Shown one piece after another: positions 21,886 through 32,535 of a DNA stretch of 64,000 bases. Both the position numbers and the translations under genes were made by a program. This DNA comes from Pirellulales bacterium (GTDB lineage: Bacteria > Planctomycetota > Planctomycetia > Pirellulales > UBA1268): the NCBI GenBank assembly GCA_040397545.1, contig JBBAVV010000010.1, forward strand, positions 14,797-78,796, in the 5' to 3' direction. The first letter of the stretch is position 1. Every line of letters begins with the position of its first letter. The notes under the pieces are model-generated. The model was not told the origin of the DNA and ran no database searches. It was given only the letters and a program-made list of their open reading frames with translations.

Positions 21886-23246
21886 ACCTCTCGCGCCGAT
21901 CCTTTCTCCGCGCCGAGGGGGCGCTGCTCGCTCTCCCCTTCCTCCCTTCGCTTGCCGCCGCCGACGGGCTTCCCCCTGAGTCTGCGCAGCCGCGGAAGAA
22001 ACTTGCGATCGTCTATCTCCCCAACGGCATCGTCCGCCGCTGCTTCTTTCCGGGGGAGGGGCATGTCGACGCCCCGGACTTCATCGGAGGCTTCGAAGCC
22101 GACAAGATCAAGCACGAGCGGCGCATCAAGAACACCCCGGGCCTTCATCCCCTCGAGCTGACCGAGACGCTCGAACCACTCGCCGAGCACGTCGCCGACA
22201 TCACGCTCATCACCGGCCTCGACCGGAGCTATAAGGATGGCCAGGATGTCCACGCCCAGGGGGCATCGTGCTACCTGACGAGCGTCTCGCCGAAGATGGC
22301 CGCCGATCGGGGGATCGCCCATCCCAACGGCCGCACGCTCGACCAGGTGATCGGAGACGCGGTCGGTCATGCCACCGTCTTCAACACCCTCGAGATCAGC
22401 TGCAACGGATTTACGGCGCCGAAGGAGCCGATCGAGTTCGACAACATCTCCTGGTATGGGCCGGGGAGGATCGCGCCTTCGATCCGCGAGCCGCAGAAGC
22501 TCTACGACCGGCTCTTCCTCCGCCAGGGATACCGCGATCACGTCGCCGACGTCACCGATCTGGTCCTTGCCGATGCCGGCTCCCTCGCCCGGCGTCTCGG
22601 CCGCGAAGATCGGCGCACGCTCGACGAATTCATGGAGATGATCCGCGGCATCGAACGCCGCATCGGGAAGATGGACCGGCTCCTCATCGAGGCCGACGTC
22701 CGCATCCCGACGCAGGAGGTGCTGCCACGCGGTGAGTACATCCGCCTCCAGATGGACCTGATGCTGACGGCCTTCCGGATGGGGATCACCGACGTCTGCA
22801 CCTTCATGATCGGCCCCGAGCGCTGGGATGCGACGCTCATGTACGAGGGGGTTTTCGACCAGCCCGTCCAGCACCATGAAATGACGCACAACCAGAAGGG
22901 GGACGGCTTCAAGCAACTCCAGAAGATCGACCGCTTCCACCTCGAGCAGTATGCCTACCTCATCCGGCGGATGAAGGAGATCAAGGAATCCGACGGCCGA
23001 TCCCTCCTCGATCACTCGCTCGTCGCCTTCGGCGCGGGGCTCGGAGACGGTGCCACCCACCAGTTTTTCGATCTCCCGATGATCCTCGCCGGCACCGCGC
23101 AGGGGGAGGTGAAGCAGGGGCGCTTCCTGAAGATGCCCAGCGGCACGCTCAATTCGAATCTCTGGCTCTCGCTCGCCAGGGTGATGGGGCTCGAGATCGA
23201 TTCGTTTGCCGACAGCACCGGGGTGATTTCCGAACTGTTTGCGTAG
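21882..23246 (+). CDS. DUF1552 family protein (Tat-exported)
   Basis: Tat-like SRRSFL, LALPFLPSL, YLPNG, TLDQVI, QHHEMTH, DLPMILAG, NLWLSL. Confidence 0.85.
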   Translation: MNLSRRSFLRAEGALLALPFLPSLAAADGLPPESAQPRKKLAIVYLPNGIVRRCFFPGEGHVDAPDFIGGFEADKIKHERRIKNTPGLHPLELTETLEPLAEHVADITLITGLDRSYKDGQDVHAQGASCYLTSVSPKMAADRGIAHPNGRTLDQVIGDAVGHATVFNTLEISCNGFTAPKEPIEFDNISWYGPGRIAPSIREPQKLYDRLFLRQGYRDHVADVTDLVLADAGSLARRLGREDRRTLDEFMEMIRGIERRIGKMDRLLIEADVRIPTQEVLPRGEYIRLQMDLMLTAFRMGITDVCTFMIGPERWDATLMYEGVFDQPVQHHEMTHNQKGDGFKQLQKIDRFHLEQYAYLIRRMKEIKESDGRSLLDHSLVAFGAGLGDGATHQFFDLPMILAGTAQGEVKQGRFLKMPSGTLNSNLWLSLARVMGLEIDSFADSTGVISELFA

Positions 23247-23252
23247 CAGGCT

Positions 23253-25403
23253 GTGGGGAACGGGCGCGCTGCCCGACGCGGCGGGCGGGGGAGAACGGCG
23301 GTGGCAGACATCCGCAATCAAGGTCGAGCGTTGCTCCGCGGCATGCCTGCCGTCGAAGGCACGATCGTCATCGCCCTCACGATCCTCCTTGCCAGTCCGC
23401 GGTCCGGCCCGGGGGCGGAGCCCGGACCGATCCTTCCGCCGTTGGTCGCCGGAAAGTGCCTCGGCTGCCATGGAGACGGCGACGCCAGCGGGGGGATCAC
23501 CTTCGAGTCGCTCCCGCCGGATGCCCCGATCGGGGAACAGGCCCGGCTCCTCGGCCTGGCGATCGACGCCATCGATTCCGGCGCCATGCCCCCGGACGGC
23601 GAGCCGTCGCTCGATGCCGCCACACGCTCGGAGGCGATCCGCTGGCTCCAACACCGTCTCGGAGAAGTCGCACAGGGCATCGCCACGCCGTCGTTGCCAC
23701 TCCAACGCCTCAACCGCTTCCTCTACAACAACACCGTCCGTGATCTCTTCCGGCTCTCCCGGGATCTGTTCCCGCTCCCGGAGAAGCTGCTGACCCGGTA
23801 CGACCCATACCTCCTCGCGCTGCCGGGCCCGTCTCCACGACTGCCCGAAGTCGTCCATGTTGCGTGCCACGCCCTCGAACCGTCGCCCGGCCTCGAAGGG
23901 GTGAAGCCCTATCCGAAGGATCTCCGCGCCGAACATGGCTTCGACAATCAGGCCGACGAGTTGACCCTCTCCCCACTCCTCCTCGATACCTTCCTCCGCT
24001 TGGCCCACTCGATCGTCGAGAGCCCCGACTTCACCCCCGACACCGTCGGCATCTGGGGGGAGTTCTTCGCCGCGCCGGCGGAGGGGAGCGACCGCGAAGC
24101 GGAGATCCGGGGGCGATTGAAGCGTTTCCTGCGGATCGCCTTCCGGGGGCCGGTCGAGGCCGAGACCGTCGACCGCTACAGCGCCTTCGCGCTCTCGAAG
24201 CTCGCTCAGGGCCTTGCTTTCCCCGACGCGATGAAGAAGACGGCCGCGGCCGCACTCTCCTCCCCTCGCTTCCTCTACCGCGTCACCGCCACCGGGCATG
24301 AGGACATGCCCCTGGCCCTCGCCTCGCGCCTGTCGGCATTCCTCTGGGGGAGTTGCCCGGACGAGGAACTGCTCGAACTGGCCGAGCGCGGGGCGATCCT
24401 CCATCCCGACGTCCTCGACCGGACAGTGACGCGGATGCTTGCCGACCCACGGATCGAGCGTTTTCTCGACACCTTCCCGTCCCAGTGGATGCAGCTCGAG
24501 AACGCCCTGGCAGCGACCCCCGATCCGATCCTAGCCCGCGACTTCCATCTCGTGCCGGGCACGCCGGCAAGCCTCCAGATGGTGCTCGAGCCGCTTGTCC
24601 TCTTCGACACGGTGTTCGTCGAGGAGCGCGCGCTTACGGAACTGATCGCCCCGTCGTCGCACTATCAAAGTGAGTTCCTCCGCTCGTGGTACCAGGGCGT
24701 TCAGACCCCTCCGGCCGCCGAACCCGACCGGGCGGCCCACGACGAATCGCTCCGCCGACACCTGCGATCCCGCGAGTTCCGCCGCGTCCCGTGCGACGAC
24801 CCGCGCTTCGGTGGAATCATCACCAACGCCGCCGTGGCGAGCATGACATCCGGGCCAAAGCGCACCCACCCGGTGGCCCGCGGCGTGTGGATCGTGGATG
24901 TGATCTTCAACGATCCGCCCTCCCCGCCCCCCGCCGACGTCCCGCCACTCGCCGAAGACGCGGCCGATCCGAGCCTGACGATCCGGGAACATTTCGCCGC
25001 CCATCGCGAGCATCCCTCCTGCGCGGGCTGCCACACGAAACTCGATCCCGTCGGCTTCGCGCTGGAGAACTACGACATCACCGGACGGTGGCGCGACGGC
25101 TACGCCAACGGCCGCGACGTCGATGCCAGCGGCACGCTCTTCCGGAGGCACGCTTTCGACGGCGCCGTCGGATTCAAGGGCGCGATCGTGGCGGAGCAGG
25201 AGAGGTTCGCCCGGGCCTTCACCGCTCACCTCCTCCGGTTCGCGCTCGGACGCGACCTCGTCCCCGCTGACCGACTCGTGATCGACGGGATCCTCAGCCG
25301 ATCCGCCCGACAGGGCCACGCCATCAAGGCTCTCATCCGTGGCGTCGTTCAATCGGAGAGTTTCCGGGATTTTGGGCAATCCCCCGACGCCGACGCTCGT
25401 TGA
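23253..25403 (+). CDS. DUF1592/DUF1588 (PSD/PSCyt3) planctomycete cytochrome c protein
   Basis: CLGCH and CAGCH heme motifs, QRLNRFLYNNTVRDL, SPRFLYR, LASRLSAFLW, HPVARGVW, DPVGFALENYD. Start uncertain. Confidence 0.85.
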   Translation: MGNGRAARRGGRGRTAVADIRNQGRALLRGMPAVEGTIVIALTILLASPRSGPGAEPGPILPPLVAGKCLGCHGDGDASGGITFESLPPDAPIGEQARLLGLAIDAIDSGAMPPDGEPSLDAATRSEAIRWLQHRLGEVAQGIATPSLPLQRLNRFLYNNTVRDLFRLSRDLFPLPEKLLTRYDPYLLALPGPSPRLPEVVHVACHALEPSPGLEGVKPYPKDLRAEHGFDNQADELTLSPLLLDTFLRLAHSIVESPDFTPDTVGIWGEFFAAPAEGSDREAEIRGRLKRFLRIAFRGPVEAETVDRYSAFALSKLAQGLAFPDAMKKTAAAALSSPRFLYRVTATGHEDMPLALASRLSAFLWGSCPDEELLELAERGAILHPDVLDRTVTRMLADPRIERFLDTFPSQWMQLENALAATPDPILARDFHLVPGTPASLQMVLEPLVLFDTVFVEERALTELIAPSSHYQSEFLRSWYQGVQTPPAAEPDRAAHDESLRRHLRSREFRRVPCDDPRFGGIITNAAVASMTSGPKRTHPVARGVWIVDVIFNDPPSPPPADVPPLAEDAADPSLTIREHFAAHREHPSCAGCHTKLDPVGFALENYDITGRWRDGYANGRDVDASGTLFRRHAFDGAVGFKGAIVAEQERFARAFTAHLLRFALGRDLVPADRLVIDGILSRSARQGHAIKALIRGVVQSESFRDFGQSPDADAR

Positions 25404-25580
25404 CGCGGCCGCACGGTCGATCTACCTTCAGGGTGGCGTCCCGCTGGCCGCGGCCCCCCGTGGCCACCGGGACGCCTTGGGTCCGGCGGCACGGTGTCTG
25501 TCCGGGGACGGGGAACAAAGTCTGCTCCTCGCCCGCGAAATCAACGGGGCAGTCGAACGCACGCCACGGGGAACTCCGCC

Positions 25581-28500
25581 ATGAGCCTTCGCCCGTTCAC
25601 GCTGATCCTGATCGCGACCGTCGCTGCGGTCGCGTCGTGGCCCGGCGCTTCGGCGACGGAGCCGAGTCTCCCCGCCGTCGACTTCGACCGGCAGATCGCC
25701 CCCCTCCTCACGTCGCGCTGCCTTGAATGCCACTCGGGCGCCAGTCCTGATGGCGGGCTGTCGCTCGTCGATGCCGCCGCCGCGGCCAAGGGGGGAGAGA
25801 GCGGTGCGGCCCTCGAGCCGGGAAAGACGGAGAGCCTCCTCTGGCAGCGGGTCGAAGGGGACGAGATGCCCCCCGAGCACCCGCTCCCAGCGGAAGAAAA
25901 AGCACTCCTCCGCGCCTGGATCGACGCCGGGAGCCCCTGGGGGGAGCAGCCACTCGATCCGCTCGCCTTCAGCACGGAGAAGCGGGCCGGGCGGGATTGG
26001 TGGTCGCTCCAGCCGATTCAGGAAGCGCCGCTCCCGGAGACAGCGCTCGATCCGTGGGCGCGGGGGCCTGTCGATGCCTGGGTGCTCGAACGGCTTGGGG
26101 CTTCCGGCCTTGGCCCTTCGTCCCCCGCTGATCCGCGGACCCTCATCCGGCGGCTGTTCTTCGATCTGATCGGCCTTCCTCCCAGCCCCGAGCAGGTCGA
26201 GGCCTTCATGGCCGATCCTTCGGATGCTGCCTACGAGCGCGTTGTCGATGACCTCCTCGCCTCGCCTCACTACGGCGAACGCTGGGGGCGGCACTGGCTC
26301 GACATCGTCCGCTATACCGAGAGCGAAGGGTTCGAATACGACCACCCACGCGACCGTGCCTGGCACTACCGCGATTACGTCATCAAGAGCTTCAACGACG
26401 ACAAGCCCTACGACCGCTTCATGGAGGAACAACTCGCCGGCGATGTTCTCGAGCCGGTGACCAGCGACGGCATCATCGCCACGAGCATGCTCGTCTGCGG
26501 CGCCTGGGATCGGGCTGGCAATGCTCAGGCCAACGCCACGCAGCGTGCCATCACGCGCGAGGAGGAGATGGAGGACATGATCAGCGTCGTCGGCCAGACC
26601 TTCCTCGGCCTGACGCTCAACTGTGCCCGCTGCCATGCCCACAAGTTCGACCCGGTGCCCCAGGAAGACTACTTCCGCATCAAGGCCGTCTTCGACGGGG
26701 TGAAGCACGGAGAACGGACGTTTGCCTCCCCGGCCGAGATCGCTGCCCGCGAGCACAAGGCAGCAGCCCGCGCCGAGGCGATTGCCGCCGAGCGGGCAAC
26801 GATCGCCGCTCTCGAACGGGAAGGGGCCCGGAGAGCTGCGGAACGCTCGCAGGATCGCATCGCGACGCCCCCCGGCCCTGAGCCGCTGATCCGCTGGACG
26901 TTCCAGGATGGCGGTGCAGCGGCCGGCGGCAAGCTCCATGGAGGAGCCGAGATCGTCGGGGGAAGGCTCCGGCTCCAGAGGGCGACCCAGTCCTCCTTCG
27001 AAAGTGATCCGATCCCCGAGACGATCCGGGAAAAAACGCTCGAGGCTTGGGTCGTGCTGTCGGACCTCGATCAGGGTGGAGGGGCGGCGATCTCGATCGA
27101 AAGCACCCCTGATCGGGATTTCGACGCGATCGTGTTTGGCGAGCGGCAACCGCGGAAATGGATCGCCGGCAGCGGCGGCTTCGCCCGGACGCGCGATCTC
27201 GAGGCGCCGCAGGAGACGGCGTCAGCCGGGCAGGCGGTCCACATGGCGGCGGTCTACCGCGCCGACAACAGCATCACGCTCTACCGCAACGGCGAGCGCT
27301 ACGCGGCTCCGTATGTCCCGGCGGCGGCGCTGCGGACGTTTGAGAAGGGGGCGGCGACGGTCCTCATTGGGCTGCGGCACCATGGCGCCGGCAACGGCTT
27401 TCTCGACGGCGAGATTCTTCAGGCCGGCCTCCATGCCAGGGCCCTCGGCGACGAGGAGGTGGCCGCTGCCTTCCGGGCCGGGGGCTTCGCGATCCCGAAG
27501 GAGGAGATCCTCGCCTGCCTCGACGACGCGGAGCGGATCAGCCACGCCCGGGCCACGGCGCGGATCGACGAACTCACGAAGGAGACCGAGGCGTCCGCCG
27601 CCGCGACTGAAGTGTCGTACGTCGGCGTCCGCATCGAGCCAGCGCCAACGGCCCTCCTCCTCCGTGGGAGCGTCACGTCCCCCGGTGCGATCATGACGCC
27701 GGCCGGGCTCTCGGCCATCACCGCCGTCGAAGCCGATCTGGGGCTGATACCAGAGGCCCCCGAAGCGGAGCGGCGGAGGCGGTTCGCAGCTTGGATCTCC
27801 GCTCCGGCCAATCCCCTTCCTGCCCGTGTGATCGCCAACCGGGTGTGGCAGTACCACTTCGGCCGCGGGCTCGTGGCAACGCCAAGCGACTTCGGCCTCA
27901 ACGGTGGCCGGCCGAGCCACCCCGAACTTCTCGACTGGCTGGCGGGCGAACTGCTGCGGTCGGGATGGCGGCTCAAGGCCCTCCACCGCGCCATCCTCCT
28001 CTCCTCGACCTACCGGCAAGCCTCGACCCACGACGAGAAGGCGGCAGCGATCGATGCCGACACGCTCCTCCTCTGGCGGTATCCACCGCGGCGACTCGAG
28101 GCCGAGGCGGTGCGTGACGCGATGCTCGCGGTGAGTGGGGAACTCAATCCCGCGATGGGGGGCCCGAGCTTCCGCCCCTTCACGACCACGAACTTCAACG
28201 CCACCTTCTATCACCCCGTCGACCGCGACGATCCCGAGTTCAACCGGCGCACCGTCTACCGGATGAATGTCAACTCGGGGAAGGAGCCGCTCCTCGACGC
28301 CTTCGATTGCCCGAGTCCCGCCGTGAAGACGCCGACGCGTGGCGAGACGATCACGCCGCTCCAGGCGCTCTCGCTCATGAACAACAGCTTCGTCCAGCGT
28401 CAGGCCGACCGGCTCGCCGAGCGCTCGCTCGAGGCCGCGGGGGGCGACCTGACCGACGCTGTCGACCGTGCCTACGAGCGTGCCCTGGGGCGGCGAGCGA

Positions 28501-28604
28501 CCGACACAGAACGGCATCAGGCCGTCACCGCGGCCCAAGCCCGCGGCTTGGGAAGTGTCTGCTGGGCCCTCCTCAATTCCAGCGAGTTTCTCTATGTCCA
28601 ATGA
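25581..28604 (+). CDS. Planctomycete cytochrome c / DUF1549 / LamG-like / DUF1553 protein
   Basis: Signal peptide, [42 protein letters not shown], LamG-like insert (TLEAWV..HMAAVY..LYRNG), [21 protein letters not shown]. Confidence 0.9.
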   Translation: MSLRPFTLILIATVAAVASWPGASATEPSLPAVDFDRQIAPLLTSRCLECHSGASPDGGLSLVDAAAAAKGGESGAALEPGKTESLLWQRVEGDEMPPEHPLPAEEKALLRAWIDAGSPWGEQPLDPLAFSTEKRAGRDWWSLQPIQEAPLPETALDPWARGPVDAWVLERLGASGLGPSSPADPRTLIRRLFFDLIGLPPSPEQVEAFMADPSDAAYERVVDDLLASPHYGERWGRHWLDIVRYTESEGFEYDHPRDRAWHYRDYVIKSFNDDKPYDRFMEEQLAGDVLEPVTSDGIIATSMLVCGAWDRAGNAQANATQRAITREEEMEDMISVVGQTFLGLTLNCARCHAHKFDPVPQEDYFRIKAVFDGVKHGERTFASPAEIAAREHKAAARAEAIAAERATIAALEREGARRAAERSQDRIATPPGPEPLIRWTFQDGGAAAGGKLHGGAEIVGGRLRLQRATQSSFESDPIPETIREKTLEAWVVLSDLDQGGGAAISIESTPDRDFDAIVFGERQPRKWIAGSGGFARTRDLEAPQETASAGQAVHMAAVYRADNSITLYRNGERYAAPYVPAAALRTFEKGAATVLIGLRHHGAGNGFLDGEILQAGLHARALGDEEVAAAFRAGGFAIPKEEILACLDDAERISHARATARIDELTKETEASAAATEVSYVGVRIEPAPTALLLRGSVTSPGAIMTPAGLSAITAVEADLGLIPEAPEAERRRRFAAWISAPANPLPARVIANRVWQYHFGRGLVATPSDFGLNGGRPSHPELLDWLAGELLRSGWRLKALHRAILLSSTYRQASTHDEKAAAIDADTLLLWRYPPRRLEAEAVRDAMLAVSGELNPAMGGPSFRPFTTTNFNATFYHPVDRDDPEFNRRTVYRMNVNSGKEPLLDAFDCPSPAVKTPTRGETITPLQALSLMNNSFVQRQADRLAERSLEAAGGDLTDAVDRAYERALGRRATDTERHQAVTAAQARGLGSVCWALLNSSEFLYVQ

Positions 28605-30087
28605 CTCGTTCCGGGCCGGCCGGCTTGAACCATTCAGTGGCCTCGTGGCCTCTCCCCCAGCCCCGCTCGTTCCCCGCCGCCACTTCCTCTCCGGCGCCAG
28701 CGGCAGTTTGGCGAGCGTCGCCCTCGCCTGGCTGCTTGCCAGGGAATCGACGGCCGAGACATCGGGCACGGCACTGGCCGGCGCGGGCTCCGGCCTCCAC
28801 TTCCCCGCCAAGGCGAAGCGCGTCGTGCAGATCTTCTGCAGCGGCGGTGTCAGCCATCTCGAGACCTTCGACGCCAAGCCGGAGCTCGCGCGATTGGACG
28901 GCAAATCGCTCGAAGGGCAGGGGGAGAATCTCGGCTTCTTCGGCCAGCCCGGGATGCTCATGAAGAGCGTTTACCCCTTCGCCCGGCACGGGGAGAGTGG
29001 CTCGTCGGTCAGCAGCCTCCTGCCGCACCTTGCCAGTTGCGCTGACGATCTCTGCTTCATTCACTCGATGGTCGCCAAGAGCAACAACCACACGCCGGCC
29101 ACCTTCCAGATGAACAGTGGCTTCACGCTCAACGGCTTCCCCTCCATGGGGGCCTGGCTGAGCTATGGTCTGGGGACGATCAGCGAAGACCTCCCCGCGT
29201 TCGTCGTCCTCCCCGATCCCCGCGGCCAGCCGGCCGGCGGATCGATCAACTGGACGAGCGGTTTCCTCCCCGCCAACCACCAGGGAGTCGCCTTCCGCAC
29301 CGATGGCGGCGATCCGATCGCCGACCTCCGCACGCCCGCGGGCCTCTCTCCGGCCGACCGCGTGGCCGATCTCCGGCTCCTCAGGGACATGAACAGCGAC
29401 TTCGCCCGGCTCCACCCCGGCGACACCGACTTCGCGGCGAGGCTGCGGTCGTATGAGCTCGCGGCCCGGATGCAGGTGAGCATTCCCGAGGCGACGAGCT
29501 TCGACGACGAGCCGGCGGCCGTCCGGGAGCTGTACGGCATCGACGACCCGACCAACAAGGGTTTTTCCCGCAACTGCCTCATGGCCCGCCGGCTCCTCGA
29601 GCGGGGCGTGCGGTTCGTGCAGCTCTTCAACGGCGGCTCGTTCGGCAGCCCGCGGATCAACTGGGACGGCCACGAGAACATGAAGGAAAACCACGACACG
29701 CAGGCCGCCACGATGGATCGGCCCGTCGCGGCGCTGATCAAGGATCTCAAAGACCGCGGCATGCTCGACGACACGCTCGTCGTCTGGTCGACGGAGTTCG
29801 GCCGCAGTCCGGTGACCCAAGGCATCGGCGCCACCGGCCGTGACCATCACCCCAAGGCCTTCACCTGCTTCCTCGCCGGGGCCGGCGTCAAGGGAGGCCA
29901 CCATCACGGCGCGAGCGACGACGTTGGCTATGGCGTCGTCGAGGACGAGGTGACGATCCCCGACTTCCACGCCACGATCCTCCACCTCCTCGGCATCGAC
30001 CACGAAAAGCTCACCTACTATCACAACGGCGTCAATCGTCGCCTGACCGACGTCCACGGGACTTGTATCCGCGGAATCCTCTCCTGA
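28594..30087 (+). CDS. DUF1501 family protein (Tat-exported)
   Basis: PRRHFL, AKAKRVVQIF..GGVSHLETFD, ARRLLERGVRFVQL, WDGH, TEFGRSP, GRDHHP, RRLTDVHG. Confidence 0.92.
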   Translation: MSNDSFRAGRLEPFSGLVASPPAPLVPRRHFLSGASGSLASVALAWLLARESTAETSGTALAGAGSGLHFPAKAKRVVQIFCSGGVSHLETFDAKPELARLDGKSLEGQGENLGFFGQPGMLMKSVYPFARHGESGSSVSSLLPHLASCADDLCFIHSMVAKSNNHTPATFQMNSGFTLNGFPSMGAWLSYGLGTISEDLPAFVVLPDPRGQPAGGSINWTSGFLPANHQGVAFRTDGGDPIADLRTPAGLSPADRVADLRLLRDMNSDFARLHPGDTDFAARLRSYELAARMQVSIPEATSFDDEPAAVRELYGIDDPTNKGFSRNCLMARRLLERGVRFVQLFNGGSFGSPRINWDGHENMKENHDTQAATMDRPVAALIKDLKDRGMLDDTLVVWSTEFGRSPVTQGIGATGRDHHPKAFTCFLAGAGVKGGHHHGASDDVGYGVVEDEVTIPDFHATILHLLGIDHEKLTYYHNGVNRRLTDVHGTCIRGILS

Positions 30088-30100
30088 CTCTAGAGGGAGC

Positions 30101-30248
30101 GAGTGCCCCGATCATGGATGCCGCTCGGCATCCGCGGCCCCAGTTGTCGGTGGAAAAAGTCATCCAGGACCTTTTTCCATTTGAGACGCCCCCAAGAGCA
30201 CAGAGGTTTTTCGCGGGTGTCGGCCGCCGCATCCGGCGGCGGGCACTT
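30101..30248. repeat. Structured intergenic element with imperfect terminal inverted repeats and three internal palindromes
   Basis: Outer AGTGCCC/GGGCACT; GGATGCCG-ct-CGGCATCC (30116-30133); TGGAAAAAG..CTTTTTCCA (30151-30179); GCCGCCG-catc-CGGCGGC (30223-30240). Confidence 0.5.
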
Positions 30249-30286
30249 GATCCACGGCCTGCCAGGCCTTCCCGGATGACTCGCCC

Positions 30287-31855
30287 TCAGCGTGCCTCTG
30301 CCGTCCGCTGGTTGAAGACCCGCGTCTGCCCTCCCACGAGGCGATCGATGGCCCGCCACGGGACGAAAGGCCCGGGCGACTCGACCTCGAAGTATCGCTC
30401 GCCACGTGACGCACGCCGGAAGTGTTCGGCGATTTCCTCCGTCGTCAGAGCGAAGTCGTAAATCGCCACTTCGTCGATGACTCCGCTGAACGGCTCGATC
30501 CCCAGATGGTTGCCGATCGTCGCCCGCTGAGGACCGCCACAGAGCACGAGCCTTCCCACGGGCACGACATGCTCGAAACGTTTCACACCATCGATCGCAA
30601 TCGATTTCCTCCCGCTGAAACTGTCGTAGGAGGCGACCACGTGATGCACCTGCCCGTCGGTCAGCGCCGCGACCGTCGGCCGCCCGTCCTCACCATCGAG
30701 CGGCATGTCGAGTTCACGGTAGCCGATCCCCGCAAGGTGAAGACCGAAGGACAGGCATGGTCCGGGAGGGACCCGCGGTTCGGAGAATGCCGCGTGCGAC
30801 ACCCCGTCGTTCTGAAAGGAGAGGAGCACCCGGCAGTTGCCATCCTCCTTGCGGTAGAGCTCGTCGTAGTCGCCCGCCCCGCCGCTCCAGCGAGAGACGA
30901 ACAGGGCCTCGAGCGAGATCCCCTCGCGCATGGAAAGCGTCCCCTCCCCCACCTTCTCACCGAGACCGCCGTCGATGATCGCGACAGCCTCCGACGTGTT
31001 GTCGAACCGGAGGGCTCCAGCCCCGACGATTCCCTCCACGGCCGCCACGCCGGCGCCGAGGTCGACGGGAAGGGAGCGGACGGCGTCCAAAGAAATCGTC
31101 GGCGCCATCACCGGATCCATGTCGTCGAACGACCAAAAGCAGCGAGGTCGCCTCACCCGCGACTGCACCTCCGCGGTGCCATCGAGCACGGTGACCGCGA
31201 GATGCTCTTCGTCGATGCGTTCGACTCGAAACGATGTCCCGACGTCGGTGATGCGAAGATTGGATGCGGTGACGGCATACTGCGCCGCAGGCCCGGTGAG
31301 ACGGGCCAGCACGCTCCCACCGAACAATGCTCCTTCGTCGCTCGAACTCACGCCGTAGACCGCGTCGTCGAGCAGATCGATGTCGGCGCCACTCCCCGAG
31401 CGGATGGCGACCGAAGCTCCCGCACGGAGCGTCGTCGGGCTGATCGGTCGACCATCGTCCACATCGTCGCCACCATGGATCGTCGCCACCGTCACGACAG
31501 GTAAGGCTCGATCGTCGTAATGGGTCGTGTGTGGCCGGCGTCCGCCTGCCGAGAGCCACCAGGCGACCGCAGCCACGACAGCGAACAGGCTTGCCACCCC
31601 CGCCAGGGCCCGTGGCAGCCGCCGCCCGCCACTTCGCACAACCGACACCGGGGAAATCGGACCGGAGAAGGAGGTCGCCCGATGCTCGAGGGCGGAATCG
31701 AGGTTGCACAGTTCGAGAAACGCCCTTCGCGCGGCGGCGTCCATGGCGAGTGCCTGCTCCAGCCGGGCGACCTCGTCGGCGGTTGCACATCCGTCGATGT
31801 AGCGGCCCGCAAGGACCTCGATGTCGGCTTTCGACAACGGGATTGGATCGTTCAT
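30287..31855 (-). CDS. FecR-like anti-sigma factor with periplasmic LamG-like domain
   Basis: N-terminal anti-sigma helix (RYIDG..EVARLE), one TM helix, FecR-like ITDVGTSF..VLDGTAEV, LamG-like WSFDD..HHVVASYD..FSGVIDEVAIYDFAL. Directly follows the ECF sigma gene. Confidence 0.85.
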   Translation of the reverse strand: MNDPIPLSKADIEVLAGRYIDGCATADEVARLEQALAMDAAARRAFLELCNLDSALEHRATSFSGPISPVSVVRSGGRRLPRALAGVASLFAVVAAVAWWLSAGGRRPHTTHYDDRALPVVTVATIHGGDDVDDGRPISPTTLRAGASVAIRSGSGADIDLLDDAVYGVSSSDEGALFGGSVLARLTGPAAQYAVTASNLRITDVGTSFRVERIDEEHLAVTVLDGTAEVQSRVRRPRCFWSFDDMDPVMAPTISLDAVRSLPVDLGAGVAAVEGIVGAGALRFDNTSEAVAIIDGGLGEKVGEGTLSMREGISLEALFVSRWSGGAGDYDELYRKEDGNCRVLLSFQNDGVSHAAFSEPRVPPGPCLSFGLHLAGIGYRELDMPLDGEDGRPTVAALTDGQVHHVVASYDSFSGRKSIAIDGVKRFEHVVPVGRLVLCGGPQRATIGNHLGIEPFSGVIDEVAIYDFALTTEEIAEHFRRASRGERYFEVESPGPFVPWRAIDRLVGGQTRVFNQRTAEAR

Positions 31856-31865
31856 GTCCGCTGCC

Positions 31866-32390
31866 TCATGCCTTTTCTGATCGTTGCATTTCGGCCCGGA
31901 TGCAGTCGAGGAGGAGTTTCCTCATGCGGTGGAGCCATTGATAGAACCCTCCGACGGAACGACCGCTCCTCGCGGCGACGTCTTGGATTCGGGCCGCAGG
32001 CCGGTACGAAACAAGAATGAGTTGCCGATCGCGCGGATCGAGTTTGCCCAGGCAGCGGTCGAGGAACTCTCGCTGGGAGTGGAGTCTCGAGTCCTCGCGG
32101 ATCGCGTCGTCGGCCAGGATCTCGACCATCGCTCCGGAGAGCGTCATTCGGTCGCGTCCCCGATCCCGATACCAGGCGAGAACCTCATACTTGGCGACGC
32201 CGAACGCCCAGCGCCGGAAGTCTTCCTCCGGGCGAAACTGCGGAAATTTCCTCCACAGCACCACGGCAACCTCCTGAAGGACGTCGTCGACATCGCTCCG
32301 CAAGGGCACGAGCCGCCTCACATGGGCACGGATCGCGGGCTCCGCAGCCTTGTACTGTGCCAGAAACTCGACACGCCGAGACTCGTCCAC
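31866..32390 (-). CDS. ECF RNA polymerase sigma factor (Rhodopirellula/Verrucomicrobium type)
   Basis: Region 2 DVDDVLQEV..LWRKF..FRRWAFGVA and region 4 CLGKL..YQWLHRMRKLLLDCI. GTG start. Confidence 0.92.
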   Translation of the reverse strand: MDESRRVEFLAQYKAAEPAIRAHVRRLVPLRSDVDDVLQEVAVVLWRKFPQFRPEEDFRRWAFGVAKYEVLAWYRDRGRDRMTLSGAMVEILADDAIREDSRLHSQREFLDRCLGKLDPRDRQLILVSYRPAARIQDVAARSGRSVGGFYQWLHRMRKLLLDCIRAEMQRSEKA

Positions 32391-32424
32391 GAGATCGCTC
32401 CGCCGAATCGTTCCTCACCTTCAA

Positions 32425-32450
32425 ATCTCCGCGAAACCGACACTTTTTAC
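32425..32450 (-). promoter_or_regulatory. Candidate ECF promoter for the sigma/anti-sigma operon
   Basis: Minus strand GTAAAAA-N11-GCGGAGAT, pointing at the sigma gene. Same motif and spacing as the divergent copy. Confidence 0.5.
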
Positions 32451-32481
32451 GCGGAGATTCCCGGCTCCCCGGGCAATCCAT

Positions 32482-32507
32482 GTCAAAATCGGGCCTCCGG
32501 CGGAGAT
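32482..32507 (+). promoter_or_regulatory. Candidate ECF promoter for the DUF1553-DUF1501 operon
   Basis: GTCAAAA-N11-GCGGAGAT, ending 28 nt upstream of the ATG at 32536. Confidence 0.5.
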
Positions 32508-32535
32508 ACACTGTACCGACCCGAGGAATCCCATC

